From IMG/VR virus record IMGVR_UViG_3300025167_000005: DNA of 64,000 nucleotides, one strand, 5' to 3'. Every line of letters starts with the position of its first letter. Within the stretch, counting starts at the first letter, position 1. The translations under genes and the position numbers were made by a program. Positions 27,211 to 36,684 of this stretch are shown here, one piece after another. Source of the DNA: an uncultured virus (IMG/VR IMGVR_UViG_3300025167_000005) (taxonomy: Duplodnaviria > Heunggongvirae > Uroviricota > Caudoviricetes). The notes beneath the pieces were generated by a model that worked only from the letters and a program-made list of their open reading frames with translations, did not search any database and was not told the DNA's origin.

Positions 27211-28160
27211 AGACCGCTCTCATCGTCACGGTCAAAAACGAGGCCAAGGATATTACGACCTTCCTGACCTCCATCCTCTACCAGACGCTGCCTCCAGACC
27301 TGGTGGTCATCGTGGACGGGGGTTCTACTGATGACACCCTGGTAAAACTCTGGAAGTTCGTGCGCACAAATCCGCACCAGGTCGTGGTGCTTATCGACGA
27401 TGGCTCGAATCGGTCCGAGGGCAGGAATACAGCAATCAAGCATGCTATGCTTCGAGGAGCCCAGGTCATCGCCTGTACCAATGTCTGCCAACTTTCTAAG
27501 AAGTGGTTTGAACGGGTCACGGAGCCTATCCGAAATGAAGATGCTGATGTCGTGAAGGGCGTCTACATCCTTCATACAGAGGAGAGTACGGAAAGGGCCA
27601 TGGCGTTGGTCACTCAGTTCACAGAGGAAGACGTGCTCTCGGGCAAGGCGCCGGGGTCGGCCGTCAGCATGGCTCTTTCCGCGGAAGCTTGTCGGATGCT
27701 GTGGACGGGCAACGGACCATTTCGAGAGGACCTGGAAGTTTCCGAAGACACGGAACTTTTTGACCGCATCGAGCGGTCGCCCCTGATGGTGACAACCGCG
27801 CCGAAGGCTATTGTCACTTGGAAGCCTGGCACGCTCTCTGTCGAGAGCGCTTATAGGACCTTCCGGGAGTATGCCATCTACGACGCTAAGGCAAGAGTCC
27901 GCACCTGGCAGTATCTGGCGACCTATCTCGGATACGCCTTTGTGTTCTTGACCACGCTTGGAACGGAAGCGATGTTTCTTCTTGCTGCTGTGGCTTACCT
28001 GGTGTATCTCGTCTATAGACTGCGCCGGATATTGCCCCGGGGGCTCGTCTCCCTTATCATTGTTCCTTTTGGCCTGGGGGACATCCTGTACTGTATCTAT
28101 GCTGTGGTGGTCGTTGACGTGGCTCGGATGGTCGGATATGCCCGGGGGGTCTTCCGATGA
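27207..28160 (+). CDS. Glycosyltransferase GT2 with C-terminal TM helices
   Basis: IVTVKNE, IVDGGSTDDT, GRNTAI, SEDTE. Confidence 0.88.
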   Translation: MKTALIVTVKNEAKDITTFLTSILYQTLPPDLVVIVDGGSTDDTLVKLWKFVRTNPHQVVVLIDDGSNRSEGRNTAIKHAMLRGAQVIACTNVCQLSKKWFERVTEPIRNEDADVVKGVYILHTEESTERAMALVTQFTEEDVLSGKAPGSAVSMALSAEACRMLWTGNGPFREDLEVSEDTELFDRIERSPLMVTTAPKAIVTWKPGTLSVESAYRTFREYAIYDAKARVRTWQYLATYLGYAFVFLTTLGTEAMFLLAAVAYLVYLVYRLRRILPRGLVSLIIVPFGLGDILYCIYAVVVVDVARMVGYARGVFR

Positions 28161-29326
28161 CCAAGCAGGCTGTTCTCCTGGTCTCCGGAGACCCGTTCGG
28201 GTCAAAGCCCAATCTGCGGGCCTTGCGACAGGCCGACTCGTTAGTCGGAGCCGGGTGGAACGTCACATTCGTCGCCTGGGACAGGACCGGTCGAACAGGG
28301 TCTCAGTTCTATCCATGCGAACGAGTGTACTTTCCAATTTCTACGTCATCCATCTTCGACAAAGGTCTTGGCGTCCGACGGGCTGCCAAGCGTCTATCTG
28401 AGGTCGTGGTAGACAACCGGCCAGACCTCATCATCGCTCACGACATCGAGACGTTGTGGGCGGGCGCCTTGGCCAGGAAGAAGTTGCCCGATGCGAGCTT
28501 GTTCTACGACAGCCATGAGTCTTGGCCAGACCTTATCGCAGAACACAGCCGCATTGAAGCCCTGCTTGCGTCGTGGTTGGAACGTCACTGCGTCGAGCAG
28601 CTCGATGGAGTCCTGGTTCCGAGCCCGTCTATCGCCAAGCGGTTCAAGGGCCTTGGACTTCCTACTCTGGTAACCTATAACGCGGGTCGGAGAAACGACT
28701 TGCTGCCCGTGGCTGATTTTGCCAGGTTGTCGCCGACCTACAACGAGATTATGCGCAATCAGGTCTTCGGAGTGAACGAGAAGAAGTTTGTCGTTGGTTA
28801 CATCGGCGCTCAAGAGCAGTTGGTGAAGGGAGACGTGGGCAAGGTCCTCTTCGACGCCATGGACCGTCTTAAAGACAAGGTTCTCCTGGTTGTAGGTGTG
28901 GACTATACCGACACGACGAAACTGGGCCTGGTGAGGGAAAACGTCTTCGTGTGCCCGAGGATGCTGATGAAAGACCTCATTCCGTTTTATGCTTCGCTTG
29001 ACTTGGGCCTGGTGTTACTTGCTTCGCGGAAGAACTACATGAAATCGCTACCAAACAAGTTGTTCCACTACATGGCGGCCGGAGTCCCCATTCTGGCTTC
29101 GGGCTATCCGGACATCGTTGACGTGCTCTACGAGTCTGAAGCTGGTTGGCATGTTGGGAAAGAGCCACTCGATGCCGGTTGGCTGGCTGACCACATTCGG
29201 GAGAAAGCCGATTGGCTTCAGGCGAGTGCTCTGGCTAACGCAGGCCGAGCTGGGCGCAAGGCGTTCGAAGACCGCTACTGTTGGGATGTTCAGGAGCCGA
29301 AGTTCCTGGAGTTCGTGGGCATCTAA
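28157..29326 (+). CDS. Glycosyltransferase GT4
   Basis: AHDIET, YDSHE, PNKLFHYMAAGVP, YCWD. Confidence 0.9.
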   Translation: MTKQAVLLVSGDPFGSKPNLRALRQADSLVGAGWNVTFVAWDRTGRTGSQFYPCERVYFPISTSSIFDKGLGVRRAAKRLSEVVVDNRPDLIIAHDIETLWAGALARKKLPDASLFYDSHESWPDLIAEHSRIEALLASWLERHCVEQLDGVLVPSPSIAKRFKGLGLPTLVTYNAGRRNDLLPVADFARLSPTYNEIMRNQVFGVNEKKFVVGYIGAQEQLVKGDVGKVLFDAMDRLKDKVLLVVGVDYTDTTKLGLVRENVFVCPRMLMKDLIPFYASLDLGLVLLASRKNYMKSLPNKLFHYMAAGVPILASGYPDIVDVLYESEAGWHVGKEPLDAGWLADHIREKADWLQASALANAGRAGRKAFEDRYCWDVQEPKFLEFVGI

Positions 29327-29390
29327 GAGATGCTGACCGTGATGCCCAGGTTCTGAGCCTTTAAATACCTCCGGTGCCTGGTAAAGGCCG

Positions 29391-29630
29391 ATGACCACCC
29401 TTGGCAAGTGGGCCTGGCATGTACACCACGGTCAACTCGTTGAACAGTTGACCGGCGGACTGACCGTTCGCTGGAAGTACATCCAGGAGAACAAGCCTGA
29501 GAGCGAGGTCGAGACCCGCTTGCGGTTGCTCAATCTGGTCAAGGACCAGAAGGCAATGAGTCGCATCTCGAAGGTTTTCGACGAGGCCGTGGCTTCCGCC
29601 GGGAAGGTTCGGGAGACCATCTTTCCATGA
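29391..29630 (+). CDS. MTTLGK-family copy 2, internally deleted
   Basis: Same N-domain and promoter as 26346, about one repeat, lacks the Cys motif but keeps TIFP. Confidence 0.7.
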   Translation: MTTLGKWAWHVHHGQLVEQLTGGLTVRWKYIQENKPESEVETRLRLLNLVKDQKAMSRISKVFDEAVASAGKVRETIFP

Positions 29631-30577
29631 GAATCGCCCACCTGCCCGTTAACCCGGCGAATCAGGCCTGGACTTTGGCCAAGGCGCAGCGGCGACTCGG
29701 GCACGAGGCCACCGTGTTTTCCAGGGACAATCCCTGGAAGTTTTCGCGTGACATAGTCTTGCCTGACACAAGGGGACCGTTTCAGGTCAACGTAGGCCTG
29801 CTACAGCTCTGGAAGCAATTGCAAGATTTCGATGTACTCCATGTTCACGGAGGAATCCGACGGGGGTCTGTCTTCTATCCGCTCTTCAAGAAGATGTCTG
29901 GACGCGAGCTGGTCATCCACTATCATGGGTCAGAGACCCGGAATGGGACAGGTCTCTACTGGCAGAATACCGCAGATGCCCTCTTCTACACGCCTCCGGA
30001 CATCAAGTTCTATCTGCCTGAGAGGGCCCGATGGTTACCCCAGGCCGTGGACATGGATGGTGCGCTGCACGCTCCAGAACCGAGACCTGTCAACAGCAAA
30101 CGCAGGCCGGTCATCGTCCACTTTAGCACGAACGAGGCCAACAAGGGCACGACGAACGTGGTTCGGCTCTTCGAGGAAACGTTTCCTGAGTCGTTCGGGG
30201 AGCATGGTCCGGACTGTTCCTGTTACCATGGTGGCGATGGGAGTGCAGTGCTTTGGGTGTTCCGGAAGCCGCTGGACAGGACTCGTGCTCTGTCCATCAT
30301 GCAGAATGCGGATATCATCATCGACCAGGTGACCTCGTTCGGTATCTACGGAGCTGTTGCTGCGGAGGCCATGGCCCTTGGTCGGCCGGTGATGGCTTCG
30401 TCGAATCAAGGATTCTACGGACGCGATTGTCCGGTCTTCTGGCCATCTCCGACCATGCTGGAGAAGTTGGTCAGAGACTCAGACCTTCGGTTCAGGGCGA
30501 GCCTGGAAGGCATGGAGTACGCGAAGAGGGTCCACGACCCGCTGGTCGTGGCTCAGCGGGCTTTGGATGCCTACTGA
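29627..30577 (+). CDS. Glycosyltransferase GT4-like
   Basis: DVLHVH, HYHGSE, KGT, DIIIDQ..YGAVAAEAMALGRPV. Confidence 0.85.
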   Translation: MRIAHLPVNPANQAWTLAKAQRRLGHEATVFSRDNPWKFSRDIVLPDTRGPFQVNVGLLQLWKQLQDFDVLHVHGGIRRGSVFYPLFKKMSGRELVIHYHGSETRNGTGLYWQNTADALFYTPPDIKFYLPERARWLPQAVDMDGALHAPEPRPVNSKRRPVIVHFSTNEANKGTTNVVRLFEETFPESFGEHGPDCSCYHGGDGSAVLWVFRKPLDRTRALSIMQNADIIIDQVTSFGIYGAVAAEAMALGRPVMASSNQGFYGRDCPVFWPSPTMLEKLVRDSDLRFRASLEGMEYAKRVHDPLVVAQRALDAY

Positions 30578-30618
30578 AATCCGAACCTTCAAGTAGGTCT
30601 GACCCCAGAAGATTCTTG

Positions 30619-31182
30619 ATGAAGCCTGACAGGGCTGGAAAGGCCGCGGCTGCGGTTGGAGGCGGCATCGTTGTTGCCGTTCTTGTTCTGGCCGTGTTCT
30701 ATTACTTCTTCCTGCTTCCGGGTTCTCAGCCCGATGAGCTGGATACCTCGACGAGGAGTTATGAGGTGGCCGGGTACTATGGACGTGGCTTGTTCACCGG
30801 GGACCTACTTCAGTCGGACCGCATCTTGATAAATGTCACCAACGGTCTGTCTCAAAGTATTGCCGTCCAGGGGGAGATATGCGTCAGAGTCCCGGGACAG
30901 GGGCAGGTCTTCTTTTCTGGGTCCAAGTCCACAGAGCCCGATGCCGTTTACAAGGTCTATTTCAACGGAGTACTGACGCAGTCCTATACCATGGAGCTGG
31001 GAAGTAATTCTGCCCTGGAAGGAGGAAGATGTTTCGAGCTTCCGTTGAAGGACTTCGTTCTGACGAACGCTACAACAGGGTCCATCAAGGTCGAGATGGT
31101 TGTCTATGTGTTCAGTTTTGAGCGCCAGGCCGGTGCCTACGAGGTTCTGGCGGTGGACCAGGCCAAGGTAGTTGATGTCTGA
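30619..31182 (+). CDS. Membrane-anchored beta-rich protein
   Basis: N-terminal TM helix; NVT and NAT sequons. Confidence 0.75.
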   Translation: MKPDRAGKAAAAVGGGIVVAVLVLAVFYYFFLLPGSQPDELDTSTRSYEVAGYYGRGLFTGDLLQSDRILINVTNGLSQSIAVQGEICVRVPGQGQVFFSGSKSTEPDAVYKVYFNGVLTQSYTMELGSNSALEGGRCFELPLKDFVLTNATTGSIKVEMVVYVFSFERQAGAYEVLAVDQAKVVDV

Positions 31183-31511
31183 TGGTAGAGAAGCGAATCA
31201 CCGAGACGAAGACCTTTTGTGACCGGTGTGGGAATGAAGAGACGAGCCTGACCTATGACTGCCGGGTCTGTGGCCGGGAGGTTTGCATGAATTGCCACTG
31301 CGCGGCCGTTCTTGGGTGCATGGTTCGTGTGGTTCTATGTGTCGATTGTGCTGACATGTCTTTTGTCGCCGAGGTCGTTGAGAAGGCTGGTAAGGAAATC
31401 GAGCCCATCGTGCGGCGTCGGGAGGTCTCTCTTGCTGCGCTTCGGCGGAAGGCGAAGGCCGCCATCACAAAGGCCAGAGCGGCTGGAACAACAGTACACA
31501 AGAGGCTGTGA
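31182..31511 (+). CDS. Zn-finger protein
   Basis: CDRC, CRVC, CMNC, CVDC. Confidence 0.7.
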   Translation: MVEKRITETKTFCDRCGNEETSLTYDCRVCGREVCMNCHCAAVLGCMVRVVLCVDCADMSFVAEVVEKAGKEIEPIVRRREVSLAALRRKAKAAITKARAAGTTVHKRL

Positions 31512-31590
31512 CTCCCTCCCGGACGGGTCATATCAGGCCGTGGTCACCTCCAAGGACCCGAGCAAGCTTTAAATAGTCCTCCAGGAAGGC

Positions 31591-31833
31591 ATGGACGTGG
31601 AAGTTATCGTCAAGCGACACCTTCGTAGGCGGAAGCCTGGTAGAACAGCGGACGTGGCCGCTCTCCTGGGCATCGAGAATCCAACGGTGAACGTGAGGCC
31701 GTTCCGACGCAAGCGGCCTGGAACCAAGTACCGTCATCGGGACGATGGCACGTACTGCGGCGACGTGCTTAAAGAGGAACGAATGTTCCTACCGGACAAG
31801 TGTCCGCATGGTAGGCCGGTGGACCTGGTATGA
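31591..31833 (+). CDS. Small protein with two Arg-tag copies
   Basis: VIVKRHLRRRKPG and VNVRPFRRKRPG; TATA CTTTAAATAG upstream. Confidence 0.75.
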   Translation: MDVEVIVKRHLRRRKPGRTADVAALLGIENPTVNVRPFRRKRPGTKYRHRDDGTYCGDVLKEERMFLPDKCPHGRPVDLV

Positions 31834-32363
31834 AGGTTATCGTCCGTCGTCATCTGCGCCGGAAACCGGGTCAGTTTGGAGACTTGCGCTCTTCGGTACG
31901 TCAGGCAGGTGTGCCTGAAATCACGTTTCCGATGACGTTGTCGAGCAAGACCGACAACGGGACACCTTTACGTGTCGAGGTCAGTTCTACGGGCATTTTT
32001 GCCTACCGGACAGACCAAGCTCAGATACTGTCTACTGGGTATGAGTACGATGAAGAAGGCAAAGTTAAGAAAGCCCACATACAGGTTGAGGAAGAGTTGT
32101 CGATGGCCATGTCGCGTGAACCTGTCATGAGCATTATCTGGGTAGGTCCAGGCCGGTATGTTGTGGACTTTGACGCTGGATTCCAGAGGGGTCGTACCAC
32201 TGTGGGTATCGATGAACTTTGCAAGCGTTCCTATTTCCCCCAGCCCGGCAAAGCTTACTTGAAATGGATTGGGTTGTCTTGTACAAATCCTGTTATCCGG
32301 CGCTGGCTTGAGGCTCACAAGGAGCTTGAAGAGGACCGCACCGCGGAGGCAGGACGGTCGTGA
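31830..32363 (+). CDS. Hypothetical protein with N-terminal Arg tag
   Basis: MKVIVRRHLRRKPGQFGDLRSSV. Confidence 0.8.
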   Translation: MKVIVRRHLRRKPGQFGDLRSSVRQAGVPEITFPMTLSSKTDNGTPLRVEVSSTGIFAYRTDQAQILSTGYEYDEEGKVKKAHIQVEEELSMAMSREPVMSIIWVGPGRYVVDFDAGFQRGRTTVGIDELCKRSYFPQPGKAYLKWIGLSCTNPVIRRWLEAHKELEEDRTAEAGRS

Positions 32364-33277
32364 AGGTCATCGTCCGTCGTCACTTGCGCCGAAAGCCAGA
32401 TTTCGGAGACTTGCGTTCTTCGGTGCCTCCCGGGACCAAGGTGCCGCGTCGAGGTAAGGAGGTCTGGAAAGACCCGGTTACTGGAAAGTATACCACTGAG
32501 AAGAAGGAATCCTGGCAGATTGCCGAGGAACTTCTGGAGAAGTATGGGGGGCCGGGGGAAGGTAGTACTGCCATGTGGAAGGCCGAGGAGCAGGCAGAGA
32601 AACTCGGCCTGCATGAAGTGACACGGGCCTTGGAACTCATTCGAGACGAAGACGAACCAGCGGTTACCCTCCAGTATGGCAGTGATGAGGACGAGGACAT
32701 CCGCGAGATTAAGACTTGGTCTAACAATACGGACGGCGACTTCGAGGCGCACTGGGTTTCTACCGATGCCTGGCGTGGATATTATGAAGTCAAAGCAGAC
32801 CCGAGGATGTGGACCAAGGTACACGAGGATACTGTTCTTGCCATGAGTGAGGATGAACAGAACTTGATGGCGTTCGATGAAGTCGTGCGTAAGGCCATGG
32901 ACCAGGCCAAAATCCGGTACGTGCGGGCAGTTTCTCGAACGAGTAACCTGTTCAGTGCTGGCTATGACCTTTTCGTCGAGGCCGACCAGGCCGAGCGCAT
33001 TGAGTCTCTCATCAATATCCTGGGTCCCGTCTATCGAGACCCGAAAAGGGTCTACGCCACGGCCATGACCGGAAAAGACCCGCGGAACATCACCCGGTCG
33101 GACGTTGCTGTGTTGAACATTGCCGGAATCCTTTTGGGCACGGGGAAATCCGAACCCGAAGAGAACAAGCGCGAGATGGTCCGTGAGCAATTCGAATTGG
33201 CCGGAATGGACCCAAGTGGAGCGGACAATCTTATTAAGATGATGAAGGACCGCACTAAGGAGGCAGGACAGTCGTGA
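32360..33277 (+). CDS. Hypothetical protein with N-terminal Arg tag
   Basis: MKVIVRRHLRRKPDFGDLRSSV. Confidence 0.85.
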   Translation: MKVIVRRHLRRKPDFGDLRSSVPPGTKVPRRGKEVWKDPVTGKYTTEKKESWQIAEELLEKYGGPGEGSTAMWKAEEQAEKLGLHEVTRALELIRDEDEPAVTLQYGSDEDEDIREIKTWSNNTDGDFEAHWVSTDAWRGYYEVKADPRMWTKVHEDTVLAMSEDEQNLMAFDEVVRKAMDQAKIRYVRAVSRTSNLFSAGYDLFVEADQAERIESLINILGPVYRDPKRVYATAMTGKDPRNITRSDVAVLNIAGILLGTGKSEPEENKREMVREQFELAGMDPSGADNLIKMMKDRTKEAGQS

Positions 33278-33750
33278 AGGTCATCGTCCGTCGTCATTTC
33301 CGACGCCATCCTCGCTCGGTTCTCGGAGTTGAACGCGATGCCTCGCAGAAGGAGATTAAGTCGGCGTACAGAAAGCGTGCCAAGGAACTACATCCAGATG
33401 TTACCGGTGGAGATAAAGAAAAGGAAGAAGAATTGAAACAGGTGAACTTGGCCTACGAGGCATTGACCGGTGCAGTGGCGATTCTGCCGGGGGCTACGAC
33501 CCCTGGGGGACCACGGCCAACAGTTGTGCAGAACGCACCACCGAAAGCAGACTTGGTGAGCCTGATAATGGAGTACGAGCAGGGACAGCTTGATGATGAG
33601 GCGACGTTAGAACTGTTCAGTGACCTTGTCAGAACTGGGATGGCCTGGACTTTGCAGGGAAGTTATGGCCGAACTGCTGCCAGCCTGATAGAGGCGGGGT
33701 ACATCGAAGCCAGAACGGGCAAGATTCTGAAGTACCCGGGACAGGACTGA
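33274..33750 (+). CDS. DnaJ (J-domain) protein with N-terminal Arg tag and small C-terminal domain
   Basis: VLGV..ASQKEIKSAYRKRAKELHPD..QVNLAYEAL. Confidence 0.88.
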   Translation: MKVIVRRHFRRHPRSVLGVERDASQKEIKSAYRKRAKELHPDVTGGDKEKEEELKQVNLAYEALTGAVAILPGATTPGGPRPTVVQNAPPKADLVSLIMEYEQGQLDDEATLELFSDLVRTGMAWTLQGSYGRTAASLIEAGYIEARTGKILKYPGQD

Positions 33751-33754
33751 TAAC

Positions 33755-34726
33755 ATGGGCGTCGTGATTAACTACGAGATGGTCGTCCGGACTTCGGATG
33801 TTTCCGCGCTGGCCGACCGCATGGAGAAGGAGGCCAGGACCCGAGGGATGGCCGTTCTCGACAAGGGGAAGAATCTCAGGGCCGATGGCGACCGGGGCGA
33901 TGGCATTGTCATCCTGCCTGCCAGGGGGTCGGGGACGTTCTCTCTTCTTTTTGTCCCTTACTCGAAGGAGGCCAAGGACCGAATGGAGAAGGAGTATCTT
34001 AGCGTTGTTGCTGGTCTTACAAGACCAAGCGAACGTTGGAACCCTTACATCATTAAGCTTGAAGAGGTAAAGCTGCCCCTGGTTGAAGCTTATGATTCAT
34101 GGGGTAAGAAATGGACAATGATGGCCGTCACCGATGCAAGGGAGCATGGATATGCCTATGTCGAATCTCTTGATTCCTCTGGTCCGGTGCTTGGATTTGA
34201 AGCTTCTCCCATCCAGATGCGAAAATATGGGAAGCTTGGAACCGTGAAAGGGTATCGCGTCTGGCGGTCAGTCGTCCCCAAGAAGGTCTGGGATGCCTGG
34301 CAACCTGGAACTTCCATGCTCGTACCGACGTACACCAAGACCCAGTTCGCGGACAATAAGGTCAATACGCATATTGGAGTTGTAGAGTTGCTGGACATCT
34401 TGAAAGAGGAGTATGCCGTGATTCTGGTTGCGGGTGATGACGGGAAGTATTGGGAAACAAGGAGTGAAAACACTCTTGCAAAGGCCTTTGGCGCGACAGA
34501 AGAGTTGTTAGACACTTTCGCAGGCCAACTTCAGCCCATGGCGGTCGCCGCTGGACTGGACCTGCTTGTTGGTGGTCAACGAGTGACTCCTCCGGTTGAT
34601 GATTCCAAGGACCCTCCCAGCGTGACCCCGGACCCCACCGTCAAACCTGCGCAACGCACGTTGAAAGAGTTCACTTCCAGACGGTCTGTACCCGTGCGAA
34701 GCCATCTTCGCCGGAGGCAAGCATGA
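33755..34726 (+). CDS. Hypothetical protein with C-terminal Arg tag
   Basis: TKTQFA..H..DDGKYWETR; ends VPVRSHLRRRQA. Confidence 0.8.
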   Translation: MGVVINYEMVVRTSDVSALADRMEKEARTRGMAVLDKGKNLRADGDRGDGIVILPARGSGTFSLLFVPYSKEAKDRMEKEYLSVVAGLTRPSERWNPYIIKLEEVKLPLVEAYDSWGKKWTMMAVTDAREHGYAYVESLDSSGPVLGFEASPIQMRKYGKLGTVKGYRVWRSVVPKKVWDAWQPGTSMLVPTYTKTQFADNKVNTHIGVVELLDILKEEYAVILVAGDDGKYWETRSENTLAKAFGATEELLDTFAGQLQPMAVAAGLDLLVGGQRVTPPVDDSKDPPSVTPDPTVKPAQRTLKEFTSRRSVPVRSHLRRRQA

Positions 34727-34902
34727 CTCCTGAGCAAGAGATGGAGACCCAAAAACGTCGCAAGAAGAAGACTGACTCCAAGCTTCAGTTTGACCCGGGT
34801 AAGGTCTTTACCCCGGGCAAGGAGGAAGACTTCGAGCTTGACCTGGAAACGGCCCACTACAAGGCCAGACATGGTCAGGGCGGAGACCGGAGGGGGAAAT
34901 AG
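34723..34902 (+). CDS. Small hypothetical protein (59 aa)
   Basis: MTPEQEMETQKRRKKK...; ATGA overlap. Confidence 0.5.
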   Translation: MTPEQEMETQKRRKKKTDSKLQFDPGKVFTPGKEEDFELDLETAHYKARHGQGGDRRGK

Positions 34903-34906
34903 AGGT

Positions 34907-35464
34907 ATGCCAAGAGTGGACTGGGACAAACTTCTTCCTCCCAAGGAGGCCCGCGGCATCCCAGGCGTGCCGGTTCCGGTTTTCATTGGTCCGTTTCCTT
35001 TAAAAGACCTGATTGACGTGGATGAACTTGTCACGAGACACAAGACCGATTTGTCGAGAATAAAGGTCTATCTGGATTCAGGCATAACAGCTTCGGCAGT
35101 TGCCGAACCATGGAAAATGGTGCTGTCCATCAATCCATATGCTGTCATGTCCTGGAGGATTATTTGGGGAGAGTCTGCAAATGAACTGCTATACATTCTC
35201 TTGGCTCATGAAACGGCCCATCTAACACAGCCAGCGCATATCTTATATCCAGAAGAAGTTCCGTCCCATCATGCTGACCGAAAGGCCGAGATGGATGCCA
35301 CGTATTGGGAAGGTTTGCAAGCCGCTAAGTTTGGTTGGAGCCGTGAAAAGATGGACAAGGTGTTGCGGATGTTCGGACCGGCAAGGGAAAGGGCAAAATG
35401 GGCTACATTGCCTGCTATGTCGCGTCGCGCGGTTCGGGTCCACGCCTACCGGAGGCATCGATGA
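34907..35464 (+). CDS. HExxH metallopeptidase-like family member with C-terminal Arg tag
   Basis: LLAHETAH..E.DA.YWEGLQAAKFGW; ends VRVHAYRRHR. Confidence 0.8.
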   Translation: MPRVDWDKLLPPKEARGIPGVPVPVFIGPFPLKDLIDVDELVTRHKTDLSRIKVYLDSGITASAVAEPWKMVLSINPYAVMSWRIIWGESANELLYILLAHETAHLTQPAHILYPEEVPSHHADRKAEMDATYWEGLQAAKFGWSREKMDKVLRMFGPARERAKWATLPAMSRRAVRVHAYRRHR

Positions 35465-35727
35465 TTAGCTGGAAGGTTGTCGCTGCTGGAAGTCTGACTT
35501 CAAGCGTTAGCACCTGGCTTGCGAACACGTCTCACTCGCCGTTTGTCATCTACAATCTTCCCTGGCTTGCGTCGGGATTGACGGCCATGTTTCCTCTTCT
35601 GGTCATTCTTGCCATCGTCGGAGCGTTCACCATCGCGTTCGGTCTGCTTTGGGGCAGATGGTATTGGGCCGCCTTCATCGGGACCTTGTTTTCCATTGCT
35701 GCCCTGATTGTCTCGTTCTGGCGGTAG
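35461..35727 (+). CDS. Small membrane protein
   Basis: Hydrophobic helices; ATGA overlap; lies antisense to the tfb tail. Confidence 0.65.
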   Translation: MISWKVVAAGSLTSSVSTWLANTSHSPFVIYNLPWLASGLTAMFPLLVILAIVGAFTIAFGLLWGRWYWAAFIGTLFSIAALIVSFWR

Positions 35728-36684
35728 GTCCCGCATGATTTCCGAGGACAAGACTTCACCAGCCCCGCGTAGGGGCGTGTCCAGCCGGTCTTTTCCGAGT
35801 TCAGACATCCAAGTCCGTAGCGAGATTTCGGAGATGTGGACGATTTCCCGGCAATACCGGTTCTGGGACAGCAAATTCCCGTGTTCCTTCAGGGAGATAA
35901 ACAGGGATGCAGCGGCCACACAATGGGGGGCTGCGTTCATTCGGACGTTCTTCTGAGACACTTCGACTGCCCTGCCAATGGCGAGTCCGTTCACGCCAAC
36001 CTTGCCCGCAAAGTAGACAATGTAGTCTTTGACGGAGGACCGGAGTGGTTTCAGGGACAGACCCCGGCAGACGAGTGTATTGTAGTGGAAGATGTTCGAC
36101 TTGTGCCGCTGCTTGTCTTTCCAGCTCAACGGGTCCACGGCGGGATGGTTCTGGATGAGGTCATCGATGGGCATTACCCGGCCAAACTCGCGGCACGAGG
36201 CCAGGAGTAATGCCAGGGCCCAATCGTTCAATCCAGGCCTGCGGATGACCTGTTCCTTCTTGCTCTGGCGGAAGAGGTAGACCGACCGCTCTGTGATGTC
36301 GTGTGGGAGCCCGAGGTGGGATGACAACCGGCGGATGCGGGCTTCCATGGACAGCATGTTCCGCTCGTAGGAGCGCAGGCTATAGGTCTGCGCCGTTCTT
36401 CGCAGCACACGGACCACGTTGCCGCGTATAGGCTTTCCGCCCGAGTCCCGTGGAGAGAAGTAGCGCTGCGGCGTCCGCGAGGCGTCGTCTCCGGCTTCTC
36501 GCCCGTAATAAGGCTTCTCGTCTCCACCGGGCCTGTCCCGTCCCGGTAGCACTTGAGAGTCGGCAACGACCAGGGAGCACTCGGAACAAACGACTTCGGC
36601 ATGCTTGTCGTCGAGGATGAGACGACCACGGCACTCCGGACACTGGCTGATGTACTCGACCTCGACGGTGGATAGGGGTTTCAT
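35500..36684 (-). CDS. tfb: Transcription initiation factor B (TFB/TFIIB) homolog
   Basis: Zn ribbon CPECRG..EVVCSECSLV; cyclin repeats LGLP..ASCRE, PHCVAAASLF, SEISLR. Confidence 0.9.
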   Translation of the reverse strand: MKPLSTVEVEYISQCPECRGRLILDDKHAEVVCSECSLVVADSQVLPGRDRPGGDEKPYYGREAGDDASRTPQRYFSPRDSGGKPIRGNVVRVLRRTAQTYSLRSYERNMLSMEARIRRLSSHLGLPHDITERSVYLFRQSKKEQVIRRPGLNDWALALLLASCREFGRVMPIDDLIQNHPAVDPLSWKDKQRHKSNIFHYNTLVCRGLSLKPLRSSVKDYIVYFAGKVGVNGLAIGRAVEVSQKNVRMNAAPHCVAAASLFISLKEHGNLLSQNRYCREIVHISEISLRTWMSELGKDRLDTPLRGAGEVLSSEIMRDLPPERDNQGSNGKQGPDEGGPIPSAPKQTERDGERSDDGKNDQKRKHGRQSRRKPGKIVDDKRRVRRVRKPGANA

